A stretch of DNA of 38,448 bases. Origin: Deltaproteobacteria bacterium. Lineage in GTDB: Bacteria > Desulfobacterota > Syntrophia > Syntrophales > Smithellaceae. The position numbers and the translations under genes are program-made. Of the stretch, positions 16,530-25,415 are shown piece by piece; position 1 is the stretch's first letter, and every line of letters starts with the position of its first letter. Location of the stretch: the NCBI GenBank assembly GCA_037133255.1, contig JBAXON010000002.1, positions 1 to 38,448 on the forward strand. The letters are read 5' to 3'. The notes beneath the pieces are model-generated. The model saw only the letters and a list, made by a program, of their open reading frames with translations. It searched no databases and was not told the DNA's origin.

Positions 16530-17354
16530 CTATTTGGCATTACGCACCGGAAGTGCCCGGTAGTATTTTGTCGCATTCTCGCCGCTCGATGGTCTGGTGC
16601 CATAGAGGAAATCGACTGAGGTGCCGTAGGGGGCACGGCGTTTCTCGGTGCGCCACCAAATGAAAAAAGGGGAAACTCTTTGATCGTAAAAGGTTACCTC
16701 TGATGACCATACATAGTAAGCAGATATCCGAATCAATTCCGTCAAGCGGATTTCATGATGAACATCGTTTGCTATTTTATAACTTTTACTACCGTCATAC
16801 AAGTACTCTAACTCTTCCGGTGTCGGCATCCGCCAGTCTTTATAGCCACCTCCGCGATAATTATCACAAAAGGATTTGGCATCTGCCCAATTTATATCGC
16901 TCCCGTTGTCCCTTGCCGCCCACATCAGTTTCGTACTCGTGTCCAAGACTGTCCTGTTGTCATAGGCGATAAACTGACCATCTCTGCCGATTTCTCTGGC
17001 TTGAGTAGTCTTTCCCCCCATCTGTATCTTACCTATTAATACAATTTGATAGGTTCCATCAGCGACATATCCAATATCAATAATTTGGAAACCAGGGAGC
17101 AATATTGCGCTTGATTTTGATTCGATAGCGTCATATTTTAACTTGAAGTTGACCACTTCCGTAATTGATTCTATTGATGCTCCGGATTGTTCAATCGCTT
17201 GGAGCTTGGCATTCATAACCGCTTCCCTGTAATCTTGTTGCCTACTTGTCTTTTTCCCATCATCAACGCCCTTAATATTTACATCTAAGACTTCAGCTGA
17301 TACCATTGATGCTAATGAAAACAAGAAAAAGAGAACGGAAAATACGATTTTCAT
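16530..17354 (-). CDS. Secreted protein with an LPP20-like N-terminal domain and a DUF1566 (Lcl C-terminal-like) domain
   Basis: Signal peptide MKIVFSVLFFLFSLASMVSA, with the start moved to ATG 17354 after GGGGAG. The N-domain SRQQDYREAVMNAKLQAIEQSGASIESITEV parallels gene 2126-2977. The C-domain (TKLMWAARDNGSDINWADAKSFCDNYRGGGYKDWRMPTPEELEYLY) is DUF1566-like. Confidence 0.6.
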   Translation of the reverse strand: MKIVFSVLFFLFSLASMVSAEVLDVNIKGVDDGKKTSRQQDYREAVMNAKLQAIEQSGASIESITEVVNFKLKYDAIESKSSAILLPGFQIIDIGYVADGTYQIVLIGKIQMGGKTTQAREIGRDGQFIAYDNRTVLDTSTKLMWAARDNGSDINWADAKSFCDNYRGGGYKDWRMPTPEELEYLYDGSKSYKIANDVHHEIRLTELIRISAYYVWSSEVTFYDQRVSPFFIWWRTEKRRAPYGTSVDFLYGTRPSSGENATKYYRALPVRNAK

Positions 17355-17461
17355 AATACTCCCCACAAATAGTTTTATCATAACTGCAATATTCGCCTTA
17401 TGACTGTGGTGGGTAGAATACCTCGCAGCTTGCTTTGAGGTATCCTACCCGTGATCCAAAT

Positions 17462-18703
17462 CTAAAGCTCCCTGAACTGTTGCAGCGCCTTTTTTGTCAT
17501 AATCCGTGAATCTTTTATTACCTTTGTTCTCCACGCCGGGGATGAAGGGAAATACATCTCCCTGAAATTCTTTTCAACCTCAGCTTTATTTTTGTCCGAC
17601 TTATAACCGAAGTTTACGCCCTGATTTTCCAGTATCGTTGTATGAAGCGATTTTATCGAACCTACCGTAGTCTGGCTATCGAGGGTACCGTATTCGAAGC
17701 TCATCGGGAGAAACGCGCCTGTAGTAATGATCTTTCCAAGATGCCCCGGAAAATCTCCGGTGACAGTATAAAAATCCTTGCTATCGCCCCAGTCTATCCT
17801 GTAGCCGTCAAAGACTTTCTCCATCATTGCTCTAATTTTTTTATCTTTTATCGAGTCTGGGAACAGGTGAAGCGTTCCCCTTTGCCCATATCCAGTATGG
17901 AGATCTATGTTCATAACCAAGGGATATCCGGCAGAGAATTTTTTAATAAACGGCGTAACGCTTTTAATCTGAGGTTCGGGCGCGGAACCGCCGTAAAATA
18001 TCCCTTTCGGGAATTCGTACTGACCTTGCAGTATAGCCTGACGAAGCACCGGCATCCCCGCGCTGATTATTTTGCGGATGGCTCTAAGCTCGAAGAAGAT
18101 GTTTCCGGCGGAAGCCGTATTGACGCTTTCCTGAGGATTTATCAGATCCATTACGGCGGGGTATCCGGTATTTTTAGTTTTATAAAGCTCATCGGTAGGT
18201 GAGCTGTTGCGGTTGAGATCTATGTTGTTTCCTGTCACGCGTCTGCTGTTTTTAAAGCCATAAGGATTCATCCCGTGGATAAAGAGAAATCCTGTTGAAG
18301 CCAGATTCTCATCTGTCATGAACTCTTCCATCATCATGCGTTGAACCGCGCTTCCGGTGAAGCCCTCCACTCCGTGTACCCCGGATGAAATAATGATGAG
18401 TCCCTTTTTGTTTTTCAGCGCCGGGATATAAAGCATGTCCACCGTCAGGTCTTTGTCATTTTTTGACGGAACATTGAATGATGCCTGCGATGCGGCTTTA
18501 TATTTTCCCGCAAGCGATTTCGCCTCGGTTCGAAAAGCATCCCTCGATTTCTCATAGCTTTCGCGGAAATATTTAAGATCCGCCTTGTCCGGCGCGGTAT
18601 TTACCTCTTTTGGCGAGTACAAATTGTAGCTGATAGTCGCCCATGTTAATCCGGCAATGATAAGAACAAGAACCGCGATGAGAACAATCTTCAGTATTTT
18701 CAT
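17462..18703 (-). CDS. M14-like metallopeptidase family protein (DUF2817-type), N-terminally membrane-anchored
   Basis: 413 aa with an N-terminal TM helix (ILKIVLIAVLVLIIAGLTWATI). LIIISSGVHGVEGFTGSAVQ is typical of DUF2817/succinylglutamate-desuccinylase-like M14 proteins. It has an AGGAGG SD. Confidence 0.6.
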   Translation of the reverse strand: MKILKIVLIAVLVLIIAGLTWATISYNLYSPKEVNTAPDKADLKYFRESYEKSRDAFRTEAKSLAGKYKAASQASFNVPSKNDKDLTVDMLYIPALKNKKGLIIISSGVHGVEGFTGSAVQRMMMEEFMTDENLASTGFLFIHGMNPYGFKNSRRVTGNNIDLNRNSSPTDELYKTKNTGYPAVMDLINPQESVNTASAGNIFFELRAIRKIISAGMPVLRQAILQGQYEFPKGIFYGGSAPEPQIKSVTPFIKKFSAGYPLVMNIDLHTGYGQRGTLHLFPDSIKDKKIRAMMEKVFDGYRIDWGDSKDFYTVTGDFPGHLGKIITTGAFLPMSFEYGTLDSQTTVGSIKSLHTTILENQGVNFGYKSDKNKAEVEKNFREMYFPSSPAWRTKVIKDSRIMTKKALQQFREL

Positions 18704-18800
18704 TTTTTATATCCTCCTTTGATTTGAATTCGATGTATTTTCTTACAGTGGGAGTATATGAATAAGGGTACCGTGTGTCAATTTATTTCTAACAGGCCTG

Positions 18801-18998
18801 CTAACCCTTTTTCATTCTCTCCTTAAGCGTGTACAAATTGCAATCCATTTCGGAATTGGCAAAGACGTCGACAGAAGGCATGCGAACGGATTTGAAGCCC
18901 ATGACGCGGCAGCCGTAAGGGAATTTAGCTTTATATGTAATAAAAAAATGCTCGCAGGAAAAACAATTTATCGTTGTTGAAGGCTCATGCTCTACCAT
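18801..18998 (-). CDS. Small Cys-rich hypothetical protein (65 aa)
   Basis: MVEHEPSTTINCFSCEHFFITYKAKFPYGCRVMGFKSVRMPSVDVFANSEMDCNLY… contains four Cys (CxxC…C…C). Its ATG (18998..18996) lies 1 nt after the M16 stop codon (19002..19000), which implies translational coupling. Confidence 0.45.
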   Translation of the reverse strand: MVEHEPSTTINCFSCEHFFITYKAKFPYGCRVMGFKSVRMPSVDVFANSEMDCNLYTLKERMKKG

Positions 18999-18999
18999 A

Positions 19000-21984
19000 C
19001 TATTCTTCTTCAATAAGATTTTCCACAATCAATTTTTCATCAAGCAGAAGATTGGCTTCGGCAAGCTTATCGCTTGCGGAATAGACCGCTACTGCTTTTA
19101 ATTTTTTGGATCTCTCAAAGTAATCTTTCAAGGTGTCTTTGACCTGGCGTGGCGTTGCCTCTAAAACATTATCCCGGAAATTTTGCCGCATTTCGTCTGT
19201 CGTACCGGCAATAATGCGCATCATGGCCGCGTAGCCGCGCCCTGAAGGATCAAGCGGTTTATCGAGCGCGCCAATTGTGCTGATGATGGCTTTTTCCATG
19301 TCGTCTGAGGCCATTTCATTTTGGCAAATATAAGCCTGCGCGTCTTTAAATATTTGCAGTGTTTCCGCGATGTGAGGATCACGATAAGAGATAAATGAAA
19401 ATAAACCCAGCGAGGGATCGAAAGACGACATGCCGCCATAGGCGCCACCCTGCACGCGGATGTGCTTATAAAGATAGCTGTTGGACAGCTCTTTGGAACC
19501 GAGCATTAGCATTGCGGATGCCGGATGAATATAGGCTGGCGCTTTTAAAACGCTGGCGACATAAGATACGGAAGTGGGCACAGCAATACCGGCGTGAACC
19601 GGAGTCAGTTGGGGTTGCTTTTGTTCCTGCACAACTTTATTAGCGGGGAGCTTTCGTAAAAGTTGTACAATATTTTCATAAACGAGTTTTATGCCCTGAT
19701 CATCGGCAGTAATGTTGATAATCATGTTCTCTTGATTGAAGACCAGAGATTTCAAGTGTTGCAACTTTTCCTGCAGGTCGGGTTTTGTCGCTTCTAAATT
19801 GACTGCCGTTTGCTGAACAAATCTCAACTGGGTGCGGCCATTCCATTGTTCATCACGATAGGCAGGCACGCTTAGCGCCGCTCCTGCCGCTCTCTTGGCA
19901 AATATATGACCGGAAGGCACTATTGCTGATTGCAGATTATTTTTTCTCTCCGCAATCAAATCGCGCATCCGGGCATCCGCGCTTAAATCGCCTGCGCTAA
20001 GAATATCGGTGATAATATTTATCGCCTCAGGCAGATTGCGATATAGAGAGCTGAAAGAAAAAATCATTTTCTGAAAGCTTGCTTTCGCGTCGGCTGTAAA
20101 TCCGGAGGAAAGATCATAACCAAAACCACCCATTTTCAAGGCGATGCGCTTGGACATTTCTTCATAGCTGAAACCTGCAGCTCCCATGCCTGTTGTCATT
20201 TTCCCCAAGAGCGGCAGATACGGCTGAAGTTCTTCCGGTATATGGCCGAGATCAAAAACTAAATCCACATAAGCAATGCCGTTGGTAAATAAATCATGGG
20301 TGAGAGTTTGGACATTCTCAAGCCTGCTTATTTGTGTCGGGATTATATCAACTTTGCGTGGAATATCTGCAAGCTTTAATTTTGGGAGCATGGCCGATGC
20401 TTCCGGCGTATCCTCTTCCGACTGGAAGGCCTTTAGCTGTGCGGCTTGAGTATCGATTTGAGTCAGTTCTTCTTGAGTCAGTGATGATTTCAGCTTGCTC
20501 ATTTTTTTCTGAAAGGCTTTATCTTTCTTTGCGCTGAAATCCGGATCCGGTTCCATAATCGCCAAAAGGCGATGAGGATTATCCACTAACCACTCATTAG
20601 TCATTTTCTGGAAAATCTGCGGATCCGCTGCTAAGCGTCTGCGTACATCTTCAATAGTCTTGGGGAAATCCAGGCCGATCAAAGGATCGCCATCGTAGAG
20701 CCATGTCTGAAAAACATGACCCATCAGAGATATACCATAGGGATAAGAACCGCGGACAATTTCCTTGCCGTGAAACTCAACCTGATGAAGTATTCCTTCA
20801 ATCAGCTCACTGTCAAATCCATCGGCGACAATTTTTCGCAGTGTGTCAAAAATCAGCCTTTCAATTTTTTTAATATTCTTACTTTCTGTATTTCTTAAAC
20901 CAACGCAAAACAGCAGTTGCTTCAAATCAGATTCCATGCCGGAAGTCGGTGTTAGATCTTCACCTAAGCCCGAATCAATAAGCGCCTTGCGCAAAGGGCT
21001 GGCAGCGCTGCCGACAAGAAGTCCCGAGATAATCTCTAAAAAAAGAGTCGTTTCATAATCACAGTTTTCTGTAAGCATCCAGGCAATATTGACCATTGTT
21101 TTATGTTCCAGGGATTCGCCTTTGCCCACGGGATAGGTGCCGTAAGCGTTGCGGGGATTGGTAAGACGCGGTTGACTTTTAATTGCGGAATTCACATGCA
21201 CCCGGTCAAATCCAGCAAGCTCTCCTTCCAGAAACTTAAGATGATCGGCTGTCTGGATATCACCGTAGAGAAAAAACCGCGCGTTGGTCGGCGAATAGTA
21301 GGTTTGGTGAAAGTTTTTAAATTGCTCATAAGTAAGAGTGGGAATTACATCCGGGTCTCCGCCGGAATCAAAAGCGTAAATGCTATCAGGATAGAGATTT
21401 TCCTGGATTAGCTTATACATGAGCGAATCGGGGGAAGAATATGCACCTTTCATTTCATTGTAGACTATGCCGGAAATAATCAGCGGGCTTTCCAGATCAC
21501 CGGGTGTAGTCAGTTCCAGGTGGTGACCTTCCTGGGCAAGGGTTTCCTTAAGCAGGCGCGGTTTTAAAACAAGGTCTGTATAGACGCGGGCCAGATTGTA
21601 AAAGTCGGCCTTTATCTGGCTGGCTACCGGATAAATTGTTTTGTCCGGGTAGGTGAAGGCATTGATAAAAGTTTGCAGCGTGGAGCGCATCAATTCTTTA
21701 AAGACATCTTTGAGCGGATAGTTTTGTGAGCCTGCCAGCACGGAATGCTCCAGGATATGGGGTAACCCAGTAGAATCAGCAGGCGGTGTGCGAAAACCGA
21801 TCGCGTATAAATTTTCGCGGTCAAATGAATGCAGGTGAAGAACCTTGGCACCTGCTCTATTCTGAACCATCTCGTAGGCGGTAACCCGCAGGTCGGCAAA
21901 TGTTTGCACACGCAGAACTTTAAATCCATGCAATGCATCGCCGGCTTTAAGTGTCGGTTGGGGAAAGGTTAATTGATCGGACAT
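19000..21984 (-). CDS. M16C-family (PreP/falcilysin-like) zinc metalloprotease
   Basis: 994 aa with the inverted zinc motif HILEHSVLAGS (HxxEH) near the N-terminus. Size and architecture match presequence-protease-like insulinases. It has an AAGGAG SD. Confidence 0.9.
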   Translation of the reverse strand: MSDQLTFPQPTLKAGDALHGFKVLRVQTFADLRVTAYEMVQNRAGAKVLHLHSFDRENLYAIGFRTPPADSTGLPHILEHSVLAGSQNYPLKDVFKELMRSTLQTFINAFTYPDKTIYPVASQIKADFYNLARVYTDLVLKPRLLKETLAQEGHHLELTTPGDLESPLIISGIVYNEMKGAYSSPDSLMYKLIQENLYPDSIYAFDSGGDPDVIPTLTYEQFKNFHQTYYSPTNARFFLYGDIQTADHLKFLEGELAGFDRVHVNSAIKSQPRLTNPRNAYGTYPVGKGESLEHKTMVNIAWMLTENCDYETTLFLEIISGLLVGSAASPLRKALIDSGLGEDLTPTSGMESDLKQLLFCVGLRNTESKNIKKIERLIFDTLRKIVADGFDSELIEGILHQVEFHGKEIVRGSYPYGISLMGHVFQTWLYDGDPLIGLDFPKTIEDVRRRLAADPQIFQKMTNEWLVDNPHRLLAIMEPDPDFSAKKDKAFQKKMSKLKSSLTQEELTQIDTQAAQLKAFQSEEDTPEASAMLPKLKLADIPRKVDIIPTQISRLENVQTLTHDLFTNGIAYVDLVFDLGHIPEELQPYLPLLGKMTTGMGAAGFSYEEMSKRIALKMGGFGYDLSSGFTADAKASFQKMIFSFSSLYRNLPEAINIITDILSAGDLSADARMRDLIAERKNNLQSAIVPSGHIFAKRAAGAALSVPAYRDEQWNGRTQLRFVQQTAVNLEATKPDLQEKLQHLKSLVFNQENMIINITADDQGIKLVYENIVQLLRKLPANKVVQEQKQPQLTPVHAGIAVPTSVSYVASVLKAPAYIHPASAMLMLGSKELSNSYLYKHIRVQGGAYGGMSSFDPSLGLFSFISYRDPHIAETLQIFKDAQAYICQNEMASDDMEKAIISTIGALDKPLDPSGRGYAAMMRIIAGTTDEMRQNFRDNVLEATPRQVKDTLKDYFERSKKLKAVAVYSASDKLAEANLLLDEKLIVENLIEEE

Positions 21985-22041
21985 TCCAAAAGTCTCCTTA
22001 TGATTTTTAATTATTCTGTATAGTGGTTTTCCGCTTAAGAT

Positions 22042-22791
22042 TTACTTGAGTTTATTGATCATACTGGCTATGTAGCCTGCGCCGAAACCATTATCTATGT
22101 TCACAACCGACACGCCGCCGGCGCAACTATTGAGCATGGCAAGCAAAGCAGTCACACCCTGAAAGCTTGCGCCATAACCGACAGAAGTTGGCACCGCGAT
22201 GACCGGTTTATCCACAAGACCGCCCACAACACTAGGCAGCGCGCCCTCCATTCCGGCAACCACAACAATGACGCGGGCTCCACGGATTAACGCCAGCTTA
22301 TCAAATAAGCGGTGGACACCGGCAACACCGACATCCACAATTCTTTCCACGCGATTACCGAAAATTTCAGCAGTAACTGCTGCCTCTTCGGCAACAGGCA
22401 GATCGGACGTCCCTGCCGTGACAATAGCGATATAACTTTCGGGCATAGAGTGTTTTTGTCTTGTCAGAGTAATGGTCCGGGCAAGCGGTTGATACACGGC
22501 AGCAGGACAAACTTCTTTGACTGCGGCAAAATTATCAGCGCTTGCGCGCGTGGCCAGGATGTTTGCCTCTCCTTCCATCATGGCTGAAACAATAGTTTTT
22601 ATCTGCTCATTAGTTTTGCCCGGGCAGAAAATGACCTCCGGATAACCGACGCGCAATTCGCGGTGTGTATCGAGCTTGGCACAACCCAGATCAAGATAAG
22701 ATAAATTCTTCAGCCGGGTGATTCCGGTTTCAATATCAATTTTTCCATCGCGGATATTTTCCAGAAGAATTTTTAATGCGTCAGTATTCAT
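22042..22791 (-). CDS. larB: Nickel-pincer cofactor biosynthesis protein LarB (PurE-like carboxylase/hydrolase)
   Basis: 249 aa with LDTHRELRVGYPEVIFCPGKT and a PurE-like C-terminal half (IAIVTAGTSDLPVAEEA…VVAGMEGALPSVVGG). Its start overlaps the larC stop by 4 nt (ATGA). Confidence 0.8.
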   Translation of the reverse strand: MNTDALKILLENIRDGKIDIETGITRLKNLSYLDLGCAKLDTHRELRVGYPEVIFCPGKTNEQIKTIVSAMMEGEANILATRASADNFAAVKEVCPAAVYQPLARTITLTRQKHSMPESYIAIVTAGTSDLPVAEEAAVTAEIFGNRVERIVDVGVAGVHRLFDKLALIRGARVIVVVAGMEGALPSVVGGLVDKPVIAVPTSVGYGASFQGVTALLAMLNSCAGGVSVVNIDNGFGAGYIASMINKLK

Positions 22792-23999
22792 TTTTTAGTC
22801 CTCTCTGCCAGACGAATACTTGCATAAATATCTTGAATGGAGACGTTATTTATTTTTGCCAGTTGCCGGCAATCTTCATATTCCGGTTTGGACTTGATGA
22901 TGCGGTTATTTAAGTAGCCATTTTTTACTGTAATTTCGCCATGCCTGGTTTTTACTTTCACAATTTCCCGCCGTAACATAGACTTGGCAACTTTGTAAGA
23001 ACGCAGGCCAAAGGTTGATGAATTCAGCCAGAAGACTTCTTCAATTACTTTTTGCAAACTGACATCGCAAAGCGCAGATACGGTTACCGCCGGACGGGAT
23101 TTCTTCATCAGAATTGGCGTGAAAAATACATCGTGGGCGCCTGCGGCAAAAAGACGCTCCATCAGGATGTCATAGAACTCCGGATTCATATCATCAATAT
23201 TGCACTCAATAATTAAGGCATCACCTGTTTCCGGATCATCCTCTTTTGCCGCATTTGCGGCTATTTCGCCAAAAAATAAGCGCAGGACATTCGGGACGAC
23301 GGGGGAATCTTTGCTGCCCAGCCCGTAGCCGATTTTCTTGGTGATGAAATCAATTCTATCCGTAAAAGATGTTGCTGTTGCGGCAATGATTGCCGCGCCT
23401 GTCGGCGTTGTGGCCTCAAAAGGCACAAGGCCGGTTTTCATGGGAATGCCCATAAGAATTTCCGCTGTGGCAGGCGCAGGTACGGGCAATGTGCCGTGGC
23501 TGCAATGAATTATGCCGGAACCAACCTGGATAGGCGACGAGATAACCCGGTCAACTTTTAAATAATCAAGACATATTGCCGCGCCGACTATGTCAACAAT
23601 CGAATCTATTGCGCCTACTTCATGGAAGTGTACTTCGTCAACTTTATGCCCGTGGATTTTTCCTTCAGCCCGGGCAAGGCATGTGAAAATGTCAATGCTG
23701 ATTTTTTTGACATTAGTGGATAAATCGCTTTGTTTGATAATTTTTGTAATATCGCGGAAAGTGCGCTCTGACAAAGAGTGACGGGAAGAAGTTTTTTTCT
23801 GAGGTGTAACAATTACATCAACTTTTGTGCCGGTAATGCCCCCACGCTTATCTTTGCCTACTTTGATTTTATAGGAATCGATGGGCAGTTTGCCAAGCTC
23901 TTTTACTAAATATTTCTGATCAACGCCCAGATCAAGCATCGCACCAAGATTCATATCACCGCTGATACCGGCAAAACAATCATAGTATAATATTTTCAT
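22788..23999 (-). CDS. larC: Nickel insertion protein LarC (DUF111)
   Basis: 403 aa. MKILYYDCFAGISGDMNLGAMLDLGV is the hallmark LarC/DUF111 N-terminus. Also present are HFHEVGAIDSIVDIVG and a C-terminal KPEYEDC motif. Confidence 0.85.
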   Translation of the reverse strand: MKILYYDCFAGISGDMNLGAMLDLGVDQKYLVKELGKLPIDSYKIKVGKDKRGGITGTKVDVIVTPQKKTSSRHSLSERTFRDITKIIKQSDLSTNVKKISIDIFTCLARAEGKIHGHKVDEVHFHEVGAIDSIVDIVGAAICLDYLKVDRVISSPIQVGSGIIHCSHGTLPVPAPATAEILMGIPMKTGLVPFEATTPTGAAIIAATATSFTDRIDFITKKIGYGLGSKDSPVVPNVLRLFFGEIAANAAKEDDPETGDALIIECNIDDMNPEFYDILMERLFAAGAHDVFFTPILMKKSRPAVTVSALCDVSLQKVIEEVFWLNSSTFGLRSYKVAKSMLRREIVKVKTRHGEITVKNGYLNNRIIKSKPEYEDCRQLAKINNVSIQDIYASIRLAERTKK

Positions 24000-24124
24000 C
24001 AGATGATTCCCTGTATGACTTTCGTAAAAAAATGGTTAAAACAATCTCATGTCTGCTTGGATTGCCACAGCGCCTGAGAGGCGCTTCGCAATGACAAATT
24101 AATATGGCGTTAATCCTTCGGCCG

Positions 24125-24700
24125 TTAATTATTTTTTTCCCGCAGCGCCATTATTTCGGTTCGAGTGAAAACGGATTCCACATGAGCAACATGCTTAAGG
24201 ATGTTTTCCCGGCCGCCTTCCTCCCGGTCGATCAGTGTGATAACTCTTTCAACCACAAGCCCGGCGTGACGTGCCTGTTCAATCGCGGTAATGGTTGAGC
24301 CGCCTGTGGTGATAACATCATCAATAATGATAACTTTTTCACCGGCCACGACATTGCCCTCAACCGCGCTTTTGGTGCCGTGCGCCTTGGCATCTTTGCG
24401 GACAATGAAAGATTTGATCGGTTTTCCTTTTTGGTAAGAAATCAAAGCCAGAGCATTAGCAATGGGATCAGCGCCCAGCGTCAACCCTCCTGCCGCTGTT
24501 ATATCGTAGCCTTTGACCATATCAAAAACAATTATGCCGATTAGATTCATCCCTTCCGGGTCAAGAGTTGTTGGTTTGCAATTAAAATAAAAGTTGCTTA
24601 ATCTGCCGGATGCCAGAGTGAAAGGCGGGTTGTCTCTATACTTGAAAGATCGGGCAATAATTATTTGACCCAGACGTTCCTTATATTCTTCGATAGTCAT
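24125..24700 (-). CDS. pyrE: Orotate phosphoribosyltransferase
   Basis: PRPP-binding motif VIIIDDVITTGGS, plus FTLASGRLSNFYFNCK. I moved the start to ATG 24700, which is preceded by AGGAGGAAA. The track's 24814 start overlaps the upstream gene. Confidence 0.9.
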   Translation of the reverse strand: MTIEEYKERLGQIIIARSFKYRDNPPFTLASGRLSNFYFNCKPTTLDPEGMNLIGIIVFDMVKGYDITAAGGLTLGADPIANALALISYQKGKPIKSFIVRKDAKAHGTKSAVEGNVVAGEKVIIIDDVITTGGSTITAIEQARHAGLVVERVITLIDREEGGRENILKHVAHVESVFTRTEIMALREKNN

Positions 24701-24722
24701 TTTATTTCCTCCTGCGTGTCTT

Positions 24723-25403
24723 TTATGATGGAGAGTTGTCATCATGTAAAACAAATTTAATGGGAAGTTTGACGCGGATGGCAAAAGGCTTTCCCGCTTT
24801 TTTTGCCGGCTCAAACTTCCATAGTTTTACTGCTTCTACTGCTGACTTATCCAATATCGCGTAGCCGGATGATTTGCTGACTTCCGTGCTTCCTACCCGG
24901 CCATCCGGTAAAATTACCGCGTTCACCAGGACAACACCTGCATAACCGCGAAGCTTTGCTATTGCCGGATATATCGGCGGAGTATTCTCTCGATAAAGCG
25001 GGCTGGCACTGACAAAAGCGGCTGAATTACCCGCTGCATTTATTGCTGTCGCGCCCGAAATATTAGTGGAAATTTCTTTGCCGGGTGCCTGGCTGCCCTT
25101 TTCTTCTTTAGCTGTTTGATCCTGAACCGCAATATTCATTGCGGCACTGACAGTAGTGACCGCGTTCATTTTATCTGCCTGAAATTGGCTTCGGTCTGCC
25201 TTTTTTCCCTGAGGCGAGATTGTGTCTTTACCACTTCCTGATTCGAGTGAAACCCAGGCCAGATTTAATTTACTTAATGCAGGCGTGAAGTGCCCGTCAC
25301 TAAACATTCCCAGTATGAGAAGCGAGCCTAAGCCTGCGTGAATGATAATCGACGCACTCACGGCCAATAATTTATTGGTGTTTTCCTGCATAATGGACAT
25401 CAT
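24723..25403 (-). CDS. TonB C-terminal-domain protein (energy-transducer TonB family)
   Basis: An N-terminal TM helix, a low-complexity linker, and the C-terminus PPIYPAIAKLRGYAGVVLVNAVILPDGRV…SGYAILDKSAVEAVKLWKFEPA, typical of TonB_C. There is no exbBD nearby. Confidence 0.7.
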   Translation of the reverse strand: MMSIMQENTNKLLAVSASIIIHAGLGSLLILGMFSDGHFTPALSKLNLAWVSLESGSGKDTISPQGKKADRSQFQADKMNAVTTVSAAMNIAVQDQTAKEEKGSQAPGKEISTNISGATAINAAGNSAAFVSASPLYRENTPPIYPAIAKLRGYAGVVLVNAVILPDGRVGSTEVSKSSGYAILDKSAVEAVKLWKFEPAKKAGKPFAIRVKLPIKFVLHDDNSPS

Positions 25404-25415
25404 CAGCTAAAATAC

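Noticed and set aside
16530-16700. The DUF1566 C-terminal region as the variable region of a diversity-generating retroelement.
   Set aside because: Lectin-fold C-termini are common DGR targets. However, I find no template-repeat copy of this segment and no reverse transcriptase anywhere in the window. The 16406-16431 hairpin is adequately explained as a terminator between convergent genes.
24060-24100. A dispersed REP-like element family: TTTGTCATTGCG…GCAATC-type strings at 3094-3135, 16441-16480 (reverse orientation) and 24060-24100, the last forming an AGCGCC-TGAGA-GGCGCT hairpin. There are also CGAAGC-rich strings at 5843-5870.
   Set aside because: The shared cores are only about 12 nt, and matches of that length are expected by chance many times in a 38-kb window. 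Only the 24069-24085 copy folds convincingly. The strings resemble a short intergenic repeat I recall from other genomes, but I cannot substantiate a family from three weak copies.
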